From assembly GCA_030704615.1 (NCBI GenBank), contig CM060732.1, positions 78,244,001-78,308,000 of the forward strand: a stretch of DNA of 64,000 nt, read 5' to 3'. Made by a program: the position numbers and the translations under genes. This document shows, piece after piece, positions 39,047 to 52,685 of the stretch. The stretch comes from Takakia lepidozioides (lineage: Eukaryota > Plantae > Bryophyta). The notes beneath the pieces were generated by a model. It had not been told where the DNA came from and did no database searches. It saw only the letters and a list, made by a program, of their open reading frames with translations. How positions within the stretch are numbered: the first letter of the stretch is position 1; each line of letters starts with the position of its first letter.

Positions 39047-39084
39047 ACCGTGAGGACACGGCTTTTTGAGGGGGGAAGGGGTAA

Positions 39085-40082
39085 TGTTAGAGGACTGTCT
39101 GGGACTTAGACACTTATACGGGATCTGTAGGGTACCCTTAATTTTTGCACAGACTGAGACCAACAGGAGCCTTAGGGGTGACAGCAGCGCACTGTAGAGG
39201 GGGGTTACACAGCCCGTCACAGCCCACACAGCCCACACAGCCCGTCACAGCCGACACAGCCAACACAGCCCGTCACAGCCCACACAGCCCACACAGCCCA
39301 CACAGCCCACACAGCCTGTCACAGTCGTCACAGCCGACACAGCCAACACAGCCCGCCATAGTCGCACAACCAGTCACAGCCCGTCACAGTTTCACACAGC
39401 CAGTCACAGCTTGACACAGCTGTCACGACCATAGGGAACGAAGAGCAGGACAGGGAACGACTGTGGGGAACAACACCTGCAAATGGAACATGTTAGTTCA
39501 CGGACGACGGTTAGTGAGGAAAACGGTTAGAGCCACGGGTAGGAAGATAAAGGGAGAAGCAAGGACGGAGAAGGGGGGATTCTTGGAAGCACTTGAGGGG
39601 GAGGACTTCTGGGTCATGCATGGGAGGAGATCGGGCGGAGAGGAAGATCGGAAGCCAAGATGGAGAGCGCGGTGAAGGAGGAACGAGGATTAGTAGATGC
39701 TTGTTATATGCAAAGCGGTAGTGATATAGTAGAGCAGATTAGAGACACAATGGCTTCGGCCTGATACCTGATAAATCCTAATCGGATACTTATACGATAC
39801 AATCACACTGTGTAGAGAGATCTGAGTGAAGCTGTGGAATGAATGGATGAGTTGATGGAATCCAATAGATTGATAAAGCAAACTGATACTTAATTATCAA
39901 TGGTAAGGTAGCTAACATGAATGCCAAAAGGGAAACAAATAGGAAACACCCCCATGATACACTAGCTGTAGGTCATGACTGATTGTTCTGTGCGGGCTGA
40001 GTACTTAGAGATTTCCAACTCTTCTATCTTGGAGTTTCCGCCTCGGATAGCGAAGGGATGGGTGAGTAAAAGCAGCGCGATA
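39085..40082 (+). repeat. 3' LTR (terminal CA mutated to TA)
   Basis: Direct repeat of 26673-27827. Confidence 0.95.
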
Positions 40083-40602
40083 GTGGTTGCTAAATCCCCC
40101 CAGCTCTAGAGTGAACTTCTGCCCACTGGTGAGGGTTGTGATTGTCCTTTCACCAGCAATCAGAACTCGACATAGTTGCTTACACAGAGTTGCAAAGAAG
40201 GTGGAGAGGCCATTTGGTGCTTCAAACTTAAAATTTTAATAACTGAAGATTCATTCCGACAAAGAATATTCTGTGCTACTGGAGTCGGCATCCAAAACGA
40301 TGGCAGAACTGTCTATGAAGACACTAGCCCTGCTTTGCACAAAACCCTCTCTGTTCAAAAGCAAACTAGGGGGAGAAGAGAGGAGACTAAATTCCGAAGC
40401 TGCAGCCTCCGCATAACATGGCAATTTAAAATCTGCTTTCGGACTTGGGAAAAATTGCGGGTTTGCAAAGAAAGGGAGGAACCGTGACGACCTTGGGCTC
40501 CTGTACACACAAACAAACAATGTAAGTCCATATACATTCTGCTGGCCCAACTTGTGCAGGATGCGCCATCGTGTCAGTGAAGTGCCACAACTGAACTAAC
40601 AC

Positions 40603-43600
40603 TTACTCACATGAGAAATCAGAATCAACATCTAGAGCATCGGGCTCTTGCAGATCCTGCTCCACAACAATGTTCTCGGTTTGGGTCGAATGCGATGAAA
40701 CCCCAGACAGAGGTGCGATGACTTGAGAGTAGAGATGCTCGTCCCCCTCCATCCCAAAAAATTGCCTGCCTGCATACTTGCATGCATGGAAGGAAGCCCC
40801 TGCAACAGTGCAAATGGATCCACGAAACAAAGTAAGAAGCAGAATCTGAAGGCAAAGAAGTGCACCCAAGCAATGGAATCTGATTGGGTACGAACCTGTA
40901 CCCATGGACAAGTCCACCACTTTCCCACCATGCCGGCTGCATGTCTCAATCAAAGTCTGCATGAAAGCGGGTGACTTCTCCCGAGCACCTCTCCATGGAA
41001 TGCCACCAGTTTTTTTCAATGTCTGGGAGGGGTCCACATAGTTGTGGATAACATCGGATTGCACATGGTCGCATTCAGGGTCTATGTGAAGCCCCCCTTC
41101 CCAAACGTTGAAATGGCCAACATGAGCAGGAGTGGTGTTTGGCCGAATTCGAGCAAGACAAATGGCCTTGAACACATGTGTCTGCAGCAGCACCAATATT
41201 AGAAACGTTGTGAAGGGAAATTCCACGAAACAATAACACACAACAAAGCCCAGGCGAGCACCTTCTGTCCGGGAAACTCTGCATTAGATTGTGGCAAGGT
41301 GTTCACACAGGTCCAAATTTTGCGGATTTTGAACCCCGACGACTTCAAGTAGCTGTGAAGCAACCGGCGGGATGCCATGTCCTCACCCTGGAAAATCAAA
41401 AGCGACCCAGTGTCAGACAGAAACTTGTTGCTGAAAGAGAAGGCCCACTGCCAGTAAAGTGGATTATGAGCATTCCAGGCTGGAGTCACATCTGTGGGAA
41501 TGATATCAGGCACTGGAAGCCCATCTGGGATGTCAAGGATGACAAGATCTGTCGCGTAGGGCTGCTGCACTCCATTCACCCAACATGGCGTCTTGGTCAC
41601 CTGAAATGAGGACAGGCAATCGTATGAGATAGACAAATTGTAGTGGAGACACCCGAACCAGTGATCCATTGCACCTCCCATATTAAGATGTCATTGATGA
41701 CACCTTAATGCACCACCTACGCTCCCCCAACAATGCATCAAAAATGACCAGAGTATGATAGATGCGGCGGGCTCACCAGGGTGAGGAAAGAGCACAGATG
41801 GTCCCATGTAGGTGACTTCACACCCACGAAAGTGGACTTTCTTGACTCCATCATACAAAGGAAGCTCATGTTGGCCATTTTACGCTGAAAGTGCGGGCCC
41901 ACAACCCTGGACACACACAGCCGTGCTTTGTAAGGGCGTTTCTTTGCTATGTGTGTACTGCACCGATCTACAGCGGTGGATGTGTTGGCGACCTGTGTCT
42001 GCTGTTTCTGGGCAGGTTGCACAGCCAAATCAACAAAAGCCCCAGCTGGCCCAGCAGTGTCAGGAGGGTTTGCCACTGCTTCCCCAGCAGCCCAGCACCC
42101 GCATCAGCCGCTGTAGCCTCCACTGTCTGTTTCCCCTTCTTTTTCTTCTTGCCGTCAGAAGGGGTGGCCGGTTTTGTAGGCTCTTTCTTATTCAGTAACG
42201 CCAAGGCTCTTTGCTGCAACTCCTCATCTGTCCGGGGGGCCAGTGAATCTGCGTTTTCGTTCTGATTCCTCATGACATTCTCCTCCCAGGGAGTCGAAGC
42301 TCTCGGGCAGTCCACGTACCACCCACAGTCATGGTAATGTGCCCGACCCCAGTCCTTCACAATGCCAGTAGTGTACATTGTGGTTTAATCGTTTGGGTTC
42401 GCCCATCCACGAATGAAGTCTGGATCCTCGCTCAGGGTGTTCTCCGGAATAAGAACAAAGCGAAAGTACCTGCAGAGAAGAAGACCATCCCGCTTAGAGA
42501 GTTTCCTTGAACACAACAGAAATGGCCATTGAACTGCTATAAATGGTTGGATTTCACTCTAAGGATTAAGGTGTCGTCAACGACATCTTAATCCAAGTAC
42601 TAAGAAGCACGACTCCACAACTGATGTTGGCAATTTTCCCAAAAATCAGACCATGTAAGATCCCCCTTCATATGCTCACTCATCCCAAGAGAGCATGCAT
42701 TTAAGGTATCGTCAATGACACCTTAATTCCCATTCTCAAATAGCAATAAAAAAAGACAATGACACAATACAGAACACCACAAGACTGCTTTACAATTGAA
42801 AATAGGGACAAAGTTGGAGACATTGAGGCCACCTTAAACCGAACCCCCTTACAGGATGAAAGTCCCAGAAGGTCCAGTATAAGCAGGAATGGGCCTAACA
42901 ATAATGCGCAAATTAAGGTGTCATTGACGACACCTTAATTTCCCCCTCACAGAAAAAGAATTGAGTTAGTGCACACACCTGTACAGCAGACGTTTCATTG
43001 CCTCCTCGCCATTGTACTGATGATCGAAATCTTTAGATCGAAGAATCCCTCCCTCCTTCTTGAACTCCCGGAAAAATGCATACTTCCAGAGCTCCCTTCT
43101 CCATTTACGAACGTAGGACTCAAACTTGATGCTGGGAGATGTCATGGTGATTTTGTAGTCTAGTAGTGACTTCTCCAATGTTTCAATGGCCCGCTTTTCC
43201 AGCTGCAAAAACAACGATGTACCCTCAGTGGTTAAACCCAAAAACTAGTGAAGTCATTGCGAACAATGTGGAACGTGGGAAAATTCTTACCTGGCTCCAG
43301 AAGGTAGCTTTATGCAACCATGTCTCAAATGCACGGTCGCTCACAGGTGTCACCACTCCTGTCTCAGGGTCCCTATGCGGTTTTGGGAAATTGTTGGTGT
43401 CCCGGACGATTGGATCTGAGTTCCAGATTTCAAGCGACCTCACTTTTTGAGCCGGCTCAACCATGGAAATCGACAGACAGTGGATCTTTTCCTGTGTCAT
43501 CTCAGGCTTGGTGGGCTTGTTCCAGTGTATCCAAATCTGCTCCAGAAACCCCTTTCCTAGCCCAGGGTCAGCAATTCGTATGTGCTTGTCAAACGCATTT

Positions 43601-46600
43601 TTGAGGTTTTTTTCTCGCCGTATCCATCTCATCTTTCATTTTGGTTTCCACCCCGTTCGATGTTCTCTCTTCCTCCGGGGTAGTGGCATAATACTCCAGC
43701 TTTGCTCGCTCTCCAACATCCGCAATTTCTTGCTGTGACACAAGAACGTTGCCCTATTATTACATCTTCAATCCAAAAATGAAAGAAAACTCAAGATTGA
43801 AAAGGAACTAGTCTTACCGCGTATAAGTACTCGAGGAAAGCTTCCCTCGTCAGATTGTACCAAGTTTTAGACTTCTTGATTGTTTGGCATTTCTTAAGTG
43901 TCTCCGCAGACAAGATGCTGGCGAATGTTTCCAACGGCATGACTCCTATACTTTGCATCCGAAACAGTGTATGCACTATGTTCGTGGTGGCGTGTGATGT
44001 CTCCGTGCCCCTGCATTGAAAGCAAATGAGTACAAGAATCTTGAAGCAAGGGACTTCATGTAGTTCATAAAAGGATACCAAACAAGACTTACTTGTTGAC
44101 ATCGTGCATGGCAGTCAGAAGCTGTGTTATTCTGCCTTGTGGATACAAAACCATTGACAGTACTCGGTGATGCCAGTCTTTGTTGTGGGCATACATTCTC
44201 GTGATATATTCCATCCAGGCAACCAAATGGTGATTACCATCCCATACGAAGAACATCTTCCCCGTGTACTGCCTGTAAGATGGGTTATAGGAAAGCTCTG
44301 CCTCAAACTCCGAATTCACCTCATTCCAAAGCGGATCCCAACCGGCCATAAGATCTTCGTCAACCATTTTCTCTGATCCCTGGATATCTGTCATTGAAAC
44401 GTAAAAAATTGCGGAGCCCTTCAAGTACCCATGGATGAAATCACCCTGAAGCTTCTTGATATCATGATGCAGGGCTGGACGAACGGCAGGCATGGAAATC
44501 ATCCTGCATAGGGGAATCATAAGAGTGTCGTCCCGAACTTCCATGGAATTTATGACCTTCCTGGAGTTTACCTTGGAGGTGTATATCAGTGAATGCACTT
44601 TATCTTCGTAATTGTCAGATTGGTCTTCATCTTGATTATCAGGAGCAAATGTCTCTTGTGCAGCCTGGCTTTCCCCCGCCTTCTTCCTTTTTTTCTGCAT
44701 TCATTTGTGTTTTCCCACAGCATCAATGTCTACTTGACAGTACAGAATAAGGTGTCGTCAACGATGCCTTAATCTGCCTCCTTATTTCAGTTTAAAACAC
44801 TCATTCAATATGACTACTCTCCACACCCGATCCTCTTCCTCTATGCATCGAAGTCCACTTTGTACACTCCAGATTAAGGTATCGTCAACGATGCCTTAAT
44901 CTGCCTCCATGTTTGTATTTAGAACAGCCCTACCCACCACTACTCCGGTTTATATCTGCTTCAAAGTATGCCTAGAAAGTGTTTTTGACAGGCCAGATTA
45001 AGGTGTCGCCTTAATTTGCCTCCTTATTTTTGTTTAAAACAACCCTTCTATGAGCATATTCCCCACCCTTGATCGTGTTCCTCTCTGTTTCATAGTATCC
45101 CCAGGAACTGCTTTTACACTCCAGATTAAGGTATCGTCAACGATGCCTTAATCTGCCTCCTTCGTTTATGTCCTAGACATCCCTCAAAGTGCAGACTACC
45201 CACCACTAATCCAGTTTACATCTGCTTCAAAGTATGCCATGAAAGTGTTTTTGACAAGCCTGATTAAGGTGTCGTCAACGATGCCTTAATTTGCCTCCTT
45301 ATTTCTGCTTTAAAAAGCCCTTCTATGACATGGTTTTTCACCCCTGAATGTGTTTCTCTCTGTTTCATAGTATCCCCAGAAACTACTTTTACACTCCAGA
45401 TTAAGGTATCGTCAACGATGCCTTAATCTGCCTCCTTCGTTTATGTCCTAGACATCCCTCAAAGTGCAGACTACCCACCACTAATCATGTTCATATCTGC
45501 TTCAAAGTATGCCATGAAAGTGTTTTTGACAGGCCTGATTAAGGTGTCGTCAACGATGCCTTAATTTGCCTCCATGTTTGTATTTTAAACAGCCCTTCTA
45601 TGAACATATTCTCCACCCCTGATCGTGTTCCTCTCTGTTTTATAGTATCCCCGGAAACTAAATCACTCCAGAATAAGGTGTCGTCAATGATGCCTTAATC
45701 TGACTCCTTATTTCTGTTTAAAGAAGCCACTGAATTTTGATACTCTCCACCCTGGATACTGTTCATCTCTACTTGAAAGTCCACTGAAAACTAGGTTTCA
45801 CTCCAGATTAAGGTATCGTCAACAATGCCTTAATACCACTCATATTTATGGTTTTGACCGTCCCCTCAATAGTCAGACTATCCACCCCTAAACCTATTTA
45901 TCTCTGCCTCAAACTATGCCTCTACGTACATTTTATAGGCCAGATTAAGGCATCGTCAACGATGCCTTAATCGTCCTCCATGTTTCAGAAAAAAAACAGC
46001 CACTGAATGTGCTCCTCTCTGCATCAAAGTATTCGAAAAACGGATTCTAACTCCCAGATTAAGGTATCGTCAACGATGCCTTAATTCCCCTCCTCATTTC
46101 TGTTTCAGATATCCCCTCACTGTGCAGACTACCCACCACTCAAACACTCAACTCGGGAATGACAGACTATATTAAGGTGTCGTCAACGATGCCTTAATTT
46201 GCCTGATTCATTCTGCTTCAGAAACCCCCTCACTTTGCCGACCAGTAAGCTTGTTCGTCTCTGTTTCGAAGAAACCCTGGGAATAGCATAGTAGATTAAG
46301 GTATTAATCTGCATTCTTCATCCTGCTTCAGAGTCCACTCATACAGCGGAAACTTGTGCTTTAATCGTGATCCTCTATGTTTGAAAGAAAACCCTCAATA
46401 TCTGAATGGCTGACCAGATTAAGGTATCGTCAACGATGCCTTAATCAGCCCCCTTCTGTCTGTATCAAAGTCTCTGAATAACCCACCAGCCTTGTCTTCT
46501 ATGCTTCAAAAAACCATGGCAGACTTTGAACTTTAGCACCTCTTTTCTGCTTCACAACAACCCTCACAAATGAGAATGGGCAAGCTAGAATAAACCTTCG

Positions 46601-47700
46601 TAGGCTTTGGACGGCCGCTGGAAGACCCCTTCTCTGCAGGTCGCATTGTTCCTTGCACTTGTGTCTTCCCCTTCACTCGTGGTTGTGTGTCAACTGGCTG
46701 CTCAACTGTTGCCACAGCCCGCTGCGGAGAGTGAACCCTGGATACCTCCTCCTCAGTCACCACGTTGATGTCCACTTCAGGGTTCTGGTCTGGTGCGTTC
46801 TTCTCGGCTGGTAACTCTCGGAGACTCTCCCAGGCTTTCTTCCGTTTCCTCTGAAAAACATCACACATTGTTTGAAAGACAAATCAGGCCCATTTTAAGC
46901 TTGTGTTGATGACACCTTAATTTGGCACTTGCATTAGAACATGAGGGAAACAGAGAGGAGGGTAAGGCGGGGAGGATGCGATTGCAGATTAAGCTGTCGT
47001 CAACGACATCTTAAAATGCAGGACATACTTCGATGGCTCCACCAGTTTTCATCTCTAACAATGCAAAAACAAACTGAACTATGCATCACAATGGTGGTGC
47101 TACCTGAAGGAGACTTTGTTCAGCACTGTCCATCTCCAAATCCACTGCTCGCATGCTGCCTCCCACTTGTGCCTTGTCCTTCAACGCCCGCAAAGACAGC
47201 GCTGTATTGGATGGGCACTCCCGGGTATTCACGGCCACCTGCTTCGTTACGACCTCCTGCACAGGAGTAACATCACTGCCTGGCATGCCTTCCTCCTCTC
47301 TTATAGGTGACATTCTTTCCATCTCAGCCTCACGCAAAAGGGGAAGTTCCAAAAGCTCCTCCAGCTGCTTTTCCACATACGGCTCCACAACTCCCCTATT
47401 CTGTAACCCTTCGCCAGCAGATCCCTCCCCTTCACGGTCACTCTCCCCCTCGGAAAGATCAAGCGCCCTCCGAGTCTTCCTCATCCTCTCTCTCGCTTTC
47501 AACCTCTGCCTCGCCGACGTGTAGTAAAGAGACTTCCTACGCGTCCTCTTCTTTGCACTAACAATGACGTTCTTGGGAGGCTCCAGTGTGAATAGTTCAA
47601 AATGACACTAACGGGACACTCATCTTCCAACACTCCATTAGGGTCCACGAAACGGATGGATGGATGGCGGTTGGGGTTTCATCTCCGAAATCATCCATTT
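40603..47700 (-). pseudogene. Multi-exon ParB/Srx-like plus beta-class amino-methyltransferase-like gene, family A
   Basis: About 10 exons: FVWDGNHHLVAW (~44230), WLHKATFWSQ, DCGWYVDCP, TDLVILDIPDG (~41525), FLSDTGSLLIF, REKSPAFMQTLIETCSRHGGKVVDLSMGT/GASFHACKYAGRQFFGMEGD, DFSCE* (40603). Colinear with 18275-24246. The start is approximate. Confidence 0.82.
44745..46446. repeat. Intronic array of 14 palindromic units ATTAAGGT(A/G)TCGTCAACGATGCCTTAAT, period ~105-145 bp
   Basis: Units near 44747, 44874, 44998 (centre deleted), 45126, 45264, 45401, 45539, 45673, 45808, 45945, 46059, 46172, 46275 (centre deleted), 46419. Spacers are related to each other, with an alternating ~275-bp dimer in the middle. 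Confidence 0.92.
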
Positions 47701-48127
47701 AGGATTATCCCAAAAAACAGAAACGGCTCTTAATTGACTTGTTCGAATTGCGGCTGGGGGGGTTGTCTGCTGTGCAACTTGGGAATGGCCAACTGGCATG
47801 GACCATCATTGCCGATCTGGGCCCTTTTAGTGGAACCTCTGCATGGAGACCACGTACCCGTGGGTGTCAGTTGGTGTTCCACCAACATAGAGGTCGTTAT
47901 GGAATGGGCTGCGGGTTTGTCCGAGGGAAATATGTCATTCTAAGAAAATTGAACGCACCCTTGTAATTCTTAATACTGCTGAGCTGTTTCTAGGGCGGCA
48001 AAATGCTGCAAGATTATCATGAGAATGATGGAAAAGAGAAAGTACACTGTGCGAAGATAAACAGTATGAACACAGAATATGAGTTCCCCACATTGTCTAG
48101 TGTGCTTCATCCCAGTCCATGCGTACC

Positions 48128-51100
48128 ATGTCCCCCACCTCAGACGTGGTAACACTGTACTCCCCTCTGCAAGCCGAGTACCTGAGCGCCGTGGCTGACG
48201 ACAATGGCCTGGCCATTTGTTGAGGAGGATTTGATTTGCATAACATTCCGCTTTGAGCCAGGGACCGTCCATGTGGTCAGAGAGGTGTACGACAGTAGTG
48301 AGAAGGTCGAGGGAACATAGGTTCAAAAGCCGCATAAACGGGATGGTCGAAGAGAGTGGAGAGTTCCACCCGCCAAGTACCGCGTTCATGGAGATCAGAG
48401 ACGCCTTTCATCGGACACTATACTCACGCCCGGAACAGCAGCTTCGGTGGTGCAGGCACCAAAGTCGGTCCCCATCAAGACAGAAGAAACTACCTCCACG
48501 ACATTTGTCGAGCTCTCGGATAGTTCGGAAGACGATGTCACGGAGGTCCCTCTTCCTACGAACCCTCCTATACTGGTAGACCCCGATGTCCATGAGATCA
48601 TTAGTGTCATTCCCAAGTTGCAGTCGTTGAGAGGGTTGCTAGGATGCAAGAGCGATGTGAGAGACATTGTTTGGGAAACACAGCGGATCCAAAGAGCGAA
48701 ATTTCTACCCCCTTACTTTGATGGAGACATCGTTTTTGAACTGTCACCTCCGACGTCATGTGGAGGTTTGGCTGGACTCATGGCGGGCATGGACAAGAAA
48801 CACGATGGACACCCATGGTGTCAGACTAAAACTTCCAATATCTGTAATCCGCATGGCCTGAAGTTTTGGAGATCCATTTGCGCTGGGCACTTGCGTTGTG
48901 CAAATTCGGATTGCCAGCATTTCCAAATGGCCAGTGTGGCAAATGAGACGGAGTGGGAGGGAGTCTGTGACAACCCATTTCAAGTAGGGTGTGCTCCTCC
49001 AAAGAGCAGTTTCGTCGTTTACAAGTTTTGTAAAGTCGTGCCACAATGCATGGCGGAACGCAATGCACGGATGTACTACGTGCTGCACCATATCAACCAC
49101 CTCACACGGGCTTGTATCCATTTTGGCACCCATGCCCATCCAGTGTCGCAAGGAGATTGCAGGGAGAGTGTTGAGACAATGCGTTCGCTGCTTCAGCAAG
49201 AATTTCAAAATGCTCCCATCGCATCACCATCAGCCATTGCTATGGCAGCAAACAAAGGCTTCCTACACAAACATCTGCTGGGGGAGTCAGACGAGACAAC
49301 GACTAAGTTTGATAGTGCATCGCTTGACTTTGTGATGGACCAATTCTCAACATTGGCTTCTCCAAATGCTCGTTATCAAATCAACGTTCTTAGGACTGGG
49401 GCAGGCAACAAAGGATACGTAGATAACATCCTAGAATTGAAGCGCAGAAGTCGATACGACTTCATCCAGGACAGTGTTTTCCCAGGATAGGGGTCCCAGA
49501 AAGTATACTTGTTCAAGATGTCCACTGTTGCGGAGGGTTTTGGAGTTAGCCTGGTGCGTAGAATGCAGGCCGGGGGTGATCTTCATAAGTCCTGGGTAAT
49601 GTTTGATCACGTGAAGCGAGTGAAGGATTGGATGACCATGGCCTGTCATGTGTATGATCCTACGTACCAGCGAGTTATGACTATTGCTGTTTGTGACATG
49701 CAGTCGGAGGACACAGAGTCCCAAATTCTTATGTGGAAGGCTCTAGTTAACGTCATGAGAGTTCATGGTTTGCCAGATGCAAATTTCACAGGGTTCATGG
49801 CAGACATCACACAAGCTAATTGGAATGTTGTGCGGACTGTGTTTGGCTCTGGTGACCTGAAAATACCAATGCAAGGCCGGGAATGCACTTGCCTCTTTCA
49901 TTGGACCCAGTCCCTTCGTCGGCACACAAAAAATTCCACAAAATTGGAGTTGCAAGAGGAGCACCTGCGACTATGCCGTCTATACAAAGATGCCACCACA
50001 GAATGGGAAGCAAATGCCATGTTTCAGACTATCAGAGCATGGTGGTACTCCTCTGAGGCGGCGAGTCTGGAGGGGATCAAAGAGCTAGAAGACTGGTTGG
50101 GCTTTTGGCACTTCAGATACAGACAGTGGGGTGCCTTTATGACCGCTATAAGTTAGACTCATACTACCATGATTTTCAATTTTTCTTATATATATGGGGG
50201 TGTGCACCAACGGCCTTGCTGTCCAGTCCAGTCCAGTCGAATGCTGCTCCACATAACAGTGACATGTGTGTGGCATTTACCTGCAGAATATGTAACTGGA
50301 AGACATTGCGGATATGCCATCCTGCAATCTCGCGGAGACTGTTCATAGTATGTGGATGGCACAATCCGGTAAGAACGGCCGGAACCTTTACGTTGCAATT
50401 GCAGATGACCTTATCCGCGCTCTTTCGCAACAAACAAAGTACCGAGACTTCCTCAGGGGACGGGGTGCTGGTAAGGGGCCGGACAGGGCAGAGTTGCTGC
50501 TCAGGGCTGCTAACAGATGCAAATATCCTACAAAAATGGCGCGGGCTGTTAACGAGTACACGATTGGAACACCTTTGCAGTCCAAGCTTCCACATCTGGA
50601 AGGTGAAAAGAGATTCAGATCATGTAAGCGCAAACTGGACACCCCTCCAGGATCGGCGGATGACTCCCATTGGCATGATAGAGACAATTTCTCCATACCT
50701 CGTGTGCCTGTGCCACCCAATTTCGGATGTATTTCTCCATCTGTGGATGCAGGTTCTTCTGCAGATTTCGATGCAACATATGCCACAGCTCCGGCACGGG
50801 GAGAAGGACGGACGCTGCTGCCGGTTGAGGAGACCGATTGTGGTGATGCAATGTGGCACATAGAACAGATTCCGAAAGGATCGAAAGTTGGTTGTTCTGT
50901 TATCATGGCATTGTCTTTTGTGAAGTGCACAACTAAAATTTGCAGAGGTGCTGGCGGGACTCCAGCACCGACAATCACAGGTTTGTTCAAATATTACTCA
51001 GCGCGGGAGTTTAGACCTCACAAGTTCTAGTTCTGCCCCGATGACATTCAGCATTGTGTGATGGGGACTTGTCGGGATTCAGTCATCAGCAAGCCTACCA

Positions 51101-51713
51101 TCCCTATCGTCTGGCCAGTCAAGGTCGGAACATCTCTCTCCAAACAAGAGATAGACATGCTGGAGGATGTTGGGTTTCGACTTCCAAGAGGCCCAACAGT
51201 CCTAACACCAACATCATCTCGTGGTACGCCATCCGCATTCCCTACACGTCCACCACATGGGAACGACTGGCCAATGAAAAGGAATGGAAAACCGGTTCGT
51301 CGTATTGAGGCAGGTGCGGATAACCAGTGCAAAATTGAGTCTACGAGAACCTTGCAGTGTCGGGTTACCCAAATTGTTAATGTCCCCCCTCCAGGCTATG
51401 GGCGGGTGTACAGTATGGTGACTTCGGGATCGGTTCTTCATGATAGGACTTATGAGATTACTATTGGGAATTTTCCTAATTGCACATGCCCGGACTTCAA
51501 CAACACGATAAACAGCTCCATTGGAAAGAGAGATAAATTAGGGACGGTGTCATTGATATAAAGAAATCCATTGTCATATGCAAACATCTTTACTACATCT
51601 ACAATCACAGGATGTTTTGTGATCCTCAACGAGACACGTGCATTCACCAATGCACAATGGGTCCCAGTGACGTTCAAACACTTCTGCAGAGAGATAGGGT
51701 AGTTGACATCTGA
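48128..51713 (+). pseudogene. MULE transposase, family A: GCM-like domain, D-D-E core, extra Cys-rich block, SWIM finger; stops and frameshifts
   Basis: DGHPWCQTKTSN..ICAGHLRCANSDC..FGTHAHP; FDHVKRV, FMADITQ, CLFH, CNLAETVH; CTCPDF..CKHLYY. Intron ~50148-50286; in-frame TAG at 49488 and 51028. Confidence 0.88.
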
Positions 51714-51822
51714 CGTGTTTTGTCGGAGTTCTGTATGTGTCAATGACTCCACTTTGCTGAATTATTTTGATATGCTCCACTATCGCGAGTTCACCAATGT
51801 TTCTTAATTTGTCCACTATTGG

Positions 51823-52685
51823 AAATGAGACCAGTCACTCTTCATGGATCCACTTTGATCAAGTAAACCCAAACCTTTCCCCATTTTTGGGCTTTTATTT
51901 ATTAATTTGATTTAATTTAATTTTTGTCTCTTATCGTATTTGGTGAAATTCCCATGTGTAAACAAGGCATGGGATTAAGATGTCGTTGACGACATCTTAA
52001 TTCGTGCTTCCCTGAGCAGGATTACAGCTCCCCCCTATGGTTCTCTCCAGCCAATCTAATTTTATATGCTCCACTATTGCGAGTTCACCATTGTTTTAAT
52101 AGATCCACTAATGCAGTCAATCTTCATGGATCCACTTTGTTCAAGTAAACCCAGCCCTTTCTCCATTTTGGGGCTTACATATATATATATATCTAGTGAT
52201 TTATCCTGTTTGGTGAAATTCCCATTTTCAAAGAGGACAAAGGATTAAGATGTCGTTGACGACATCTTAATTCGTCATTCCCTGAGGAGGGTTACAACTC
52301 CCCCCTATGGTTTTTTCCAGGCCAGATTTATTTTCTTGCAACAATTTACATGGGTTCATTTCTCATGCTGAGCATGCGATTTAAGATGTCGTTGTCGACA
52401 CCTTAATGCCTGGTGCATGCACTTGCTGATCCCTCACGAGACATTCATGGATCCACTTTGTTCAAGTAAACCCAAGCCTTTCTCCATTTTTGGGCTTACA
52501 TATATATAGGGCAGGGGATTAAGATGTCGTTGACAACATCTTAATTCGTCATTCCCTGAGCAGGGTTTCAACTCCCCATATGGTTTTTTCCAGGCCACAT
52601 TTTTCTTCTTGCAACGATTTTCATGGGTTCATTTCTCATGTTGAGCATGCGATTTAAGATGTCGTTGACGACACCTTAATGCTTG
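51823..52685. repeat. Subterminal tandem duplications carrying five family-A palindromes
   Basis: TTCATGGATCCACTTTG..AAGTAAACCC unit occurs three times; palindromes near 51976, 52225, 52381, 52519 and 52654. Confidence 0.85.

Larger units (their letters stand above)
26673..40082 (+). mobile_element. Full-length non-chromovirus Ty3/Gypsy LTR retrotransposon nested in element A
   Basis: 5-bp TSD GTGGT (26668-26672, 40083-40087). The empty site is visible at ~11000 in the small A copy. PBS TGGCGACCATACTGGGGA at ~27830; PPT at ~39068-39081. Confidence 0.95.

Noticed and set aside
44745-46446. CRISPR array
   Set aside because: Spacers are ~75-115 bp and homologous to one another, there are no cas genes, and the array lies in an intron of a eukaryotic transposon gene.
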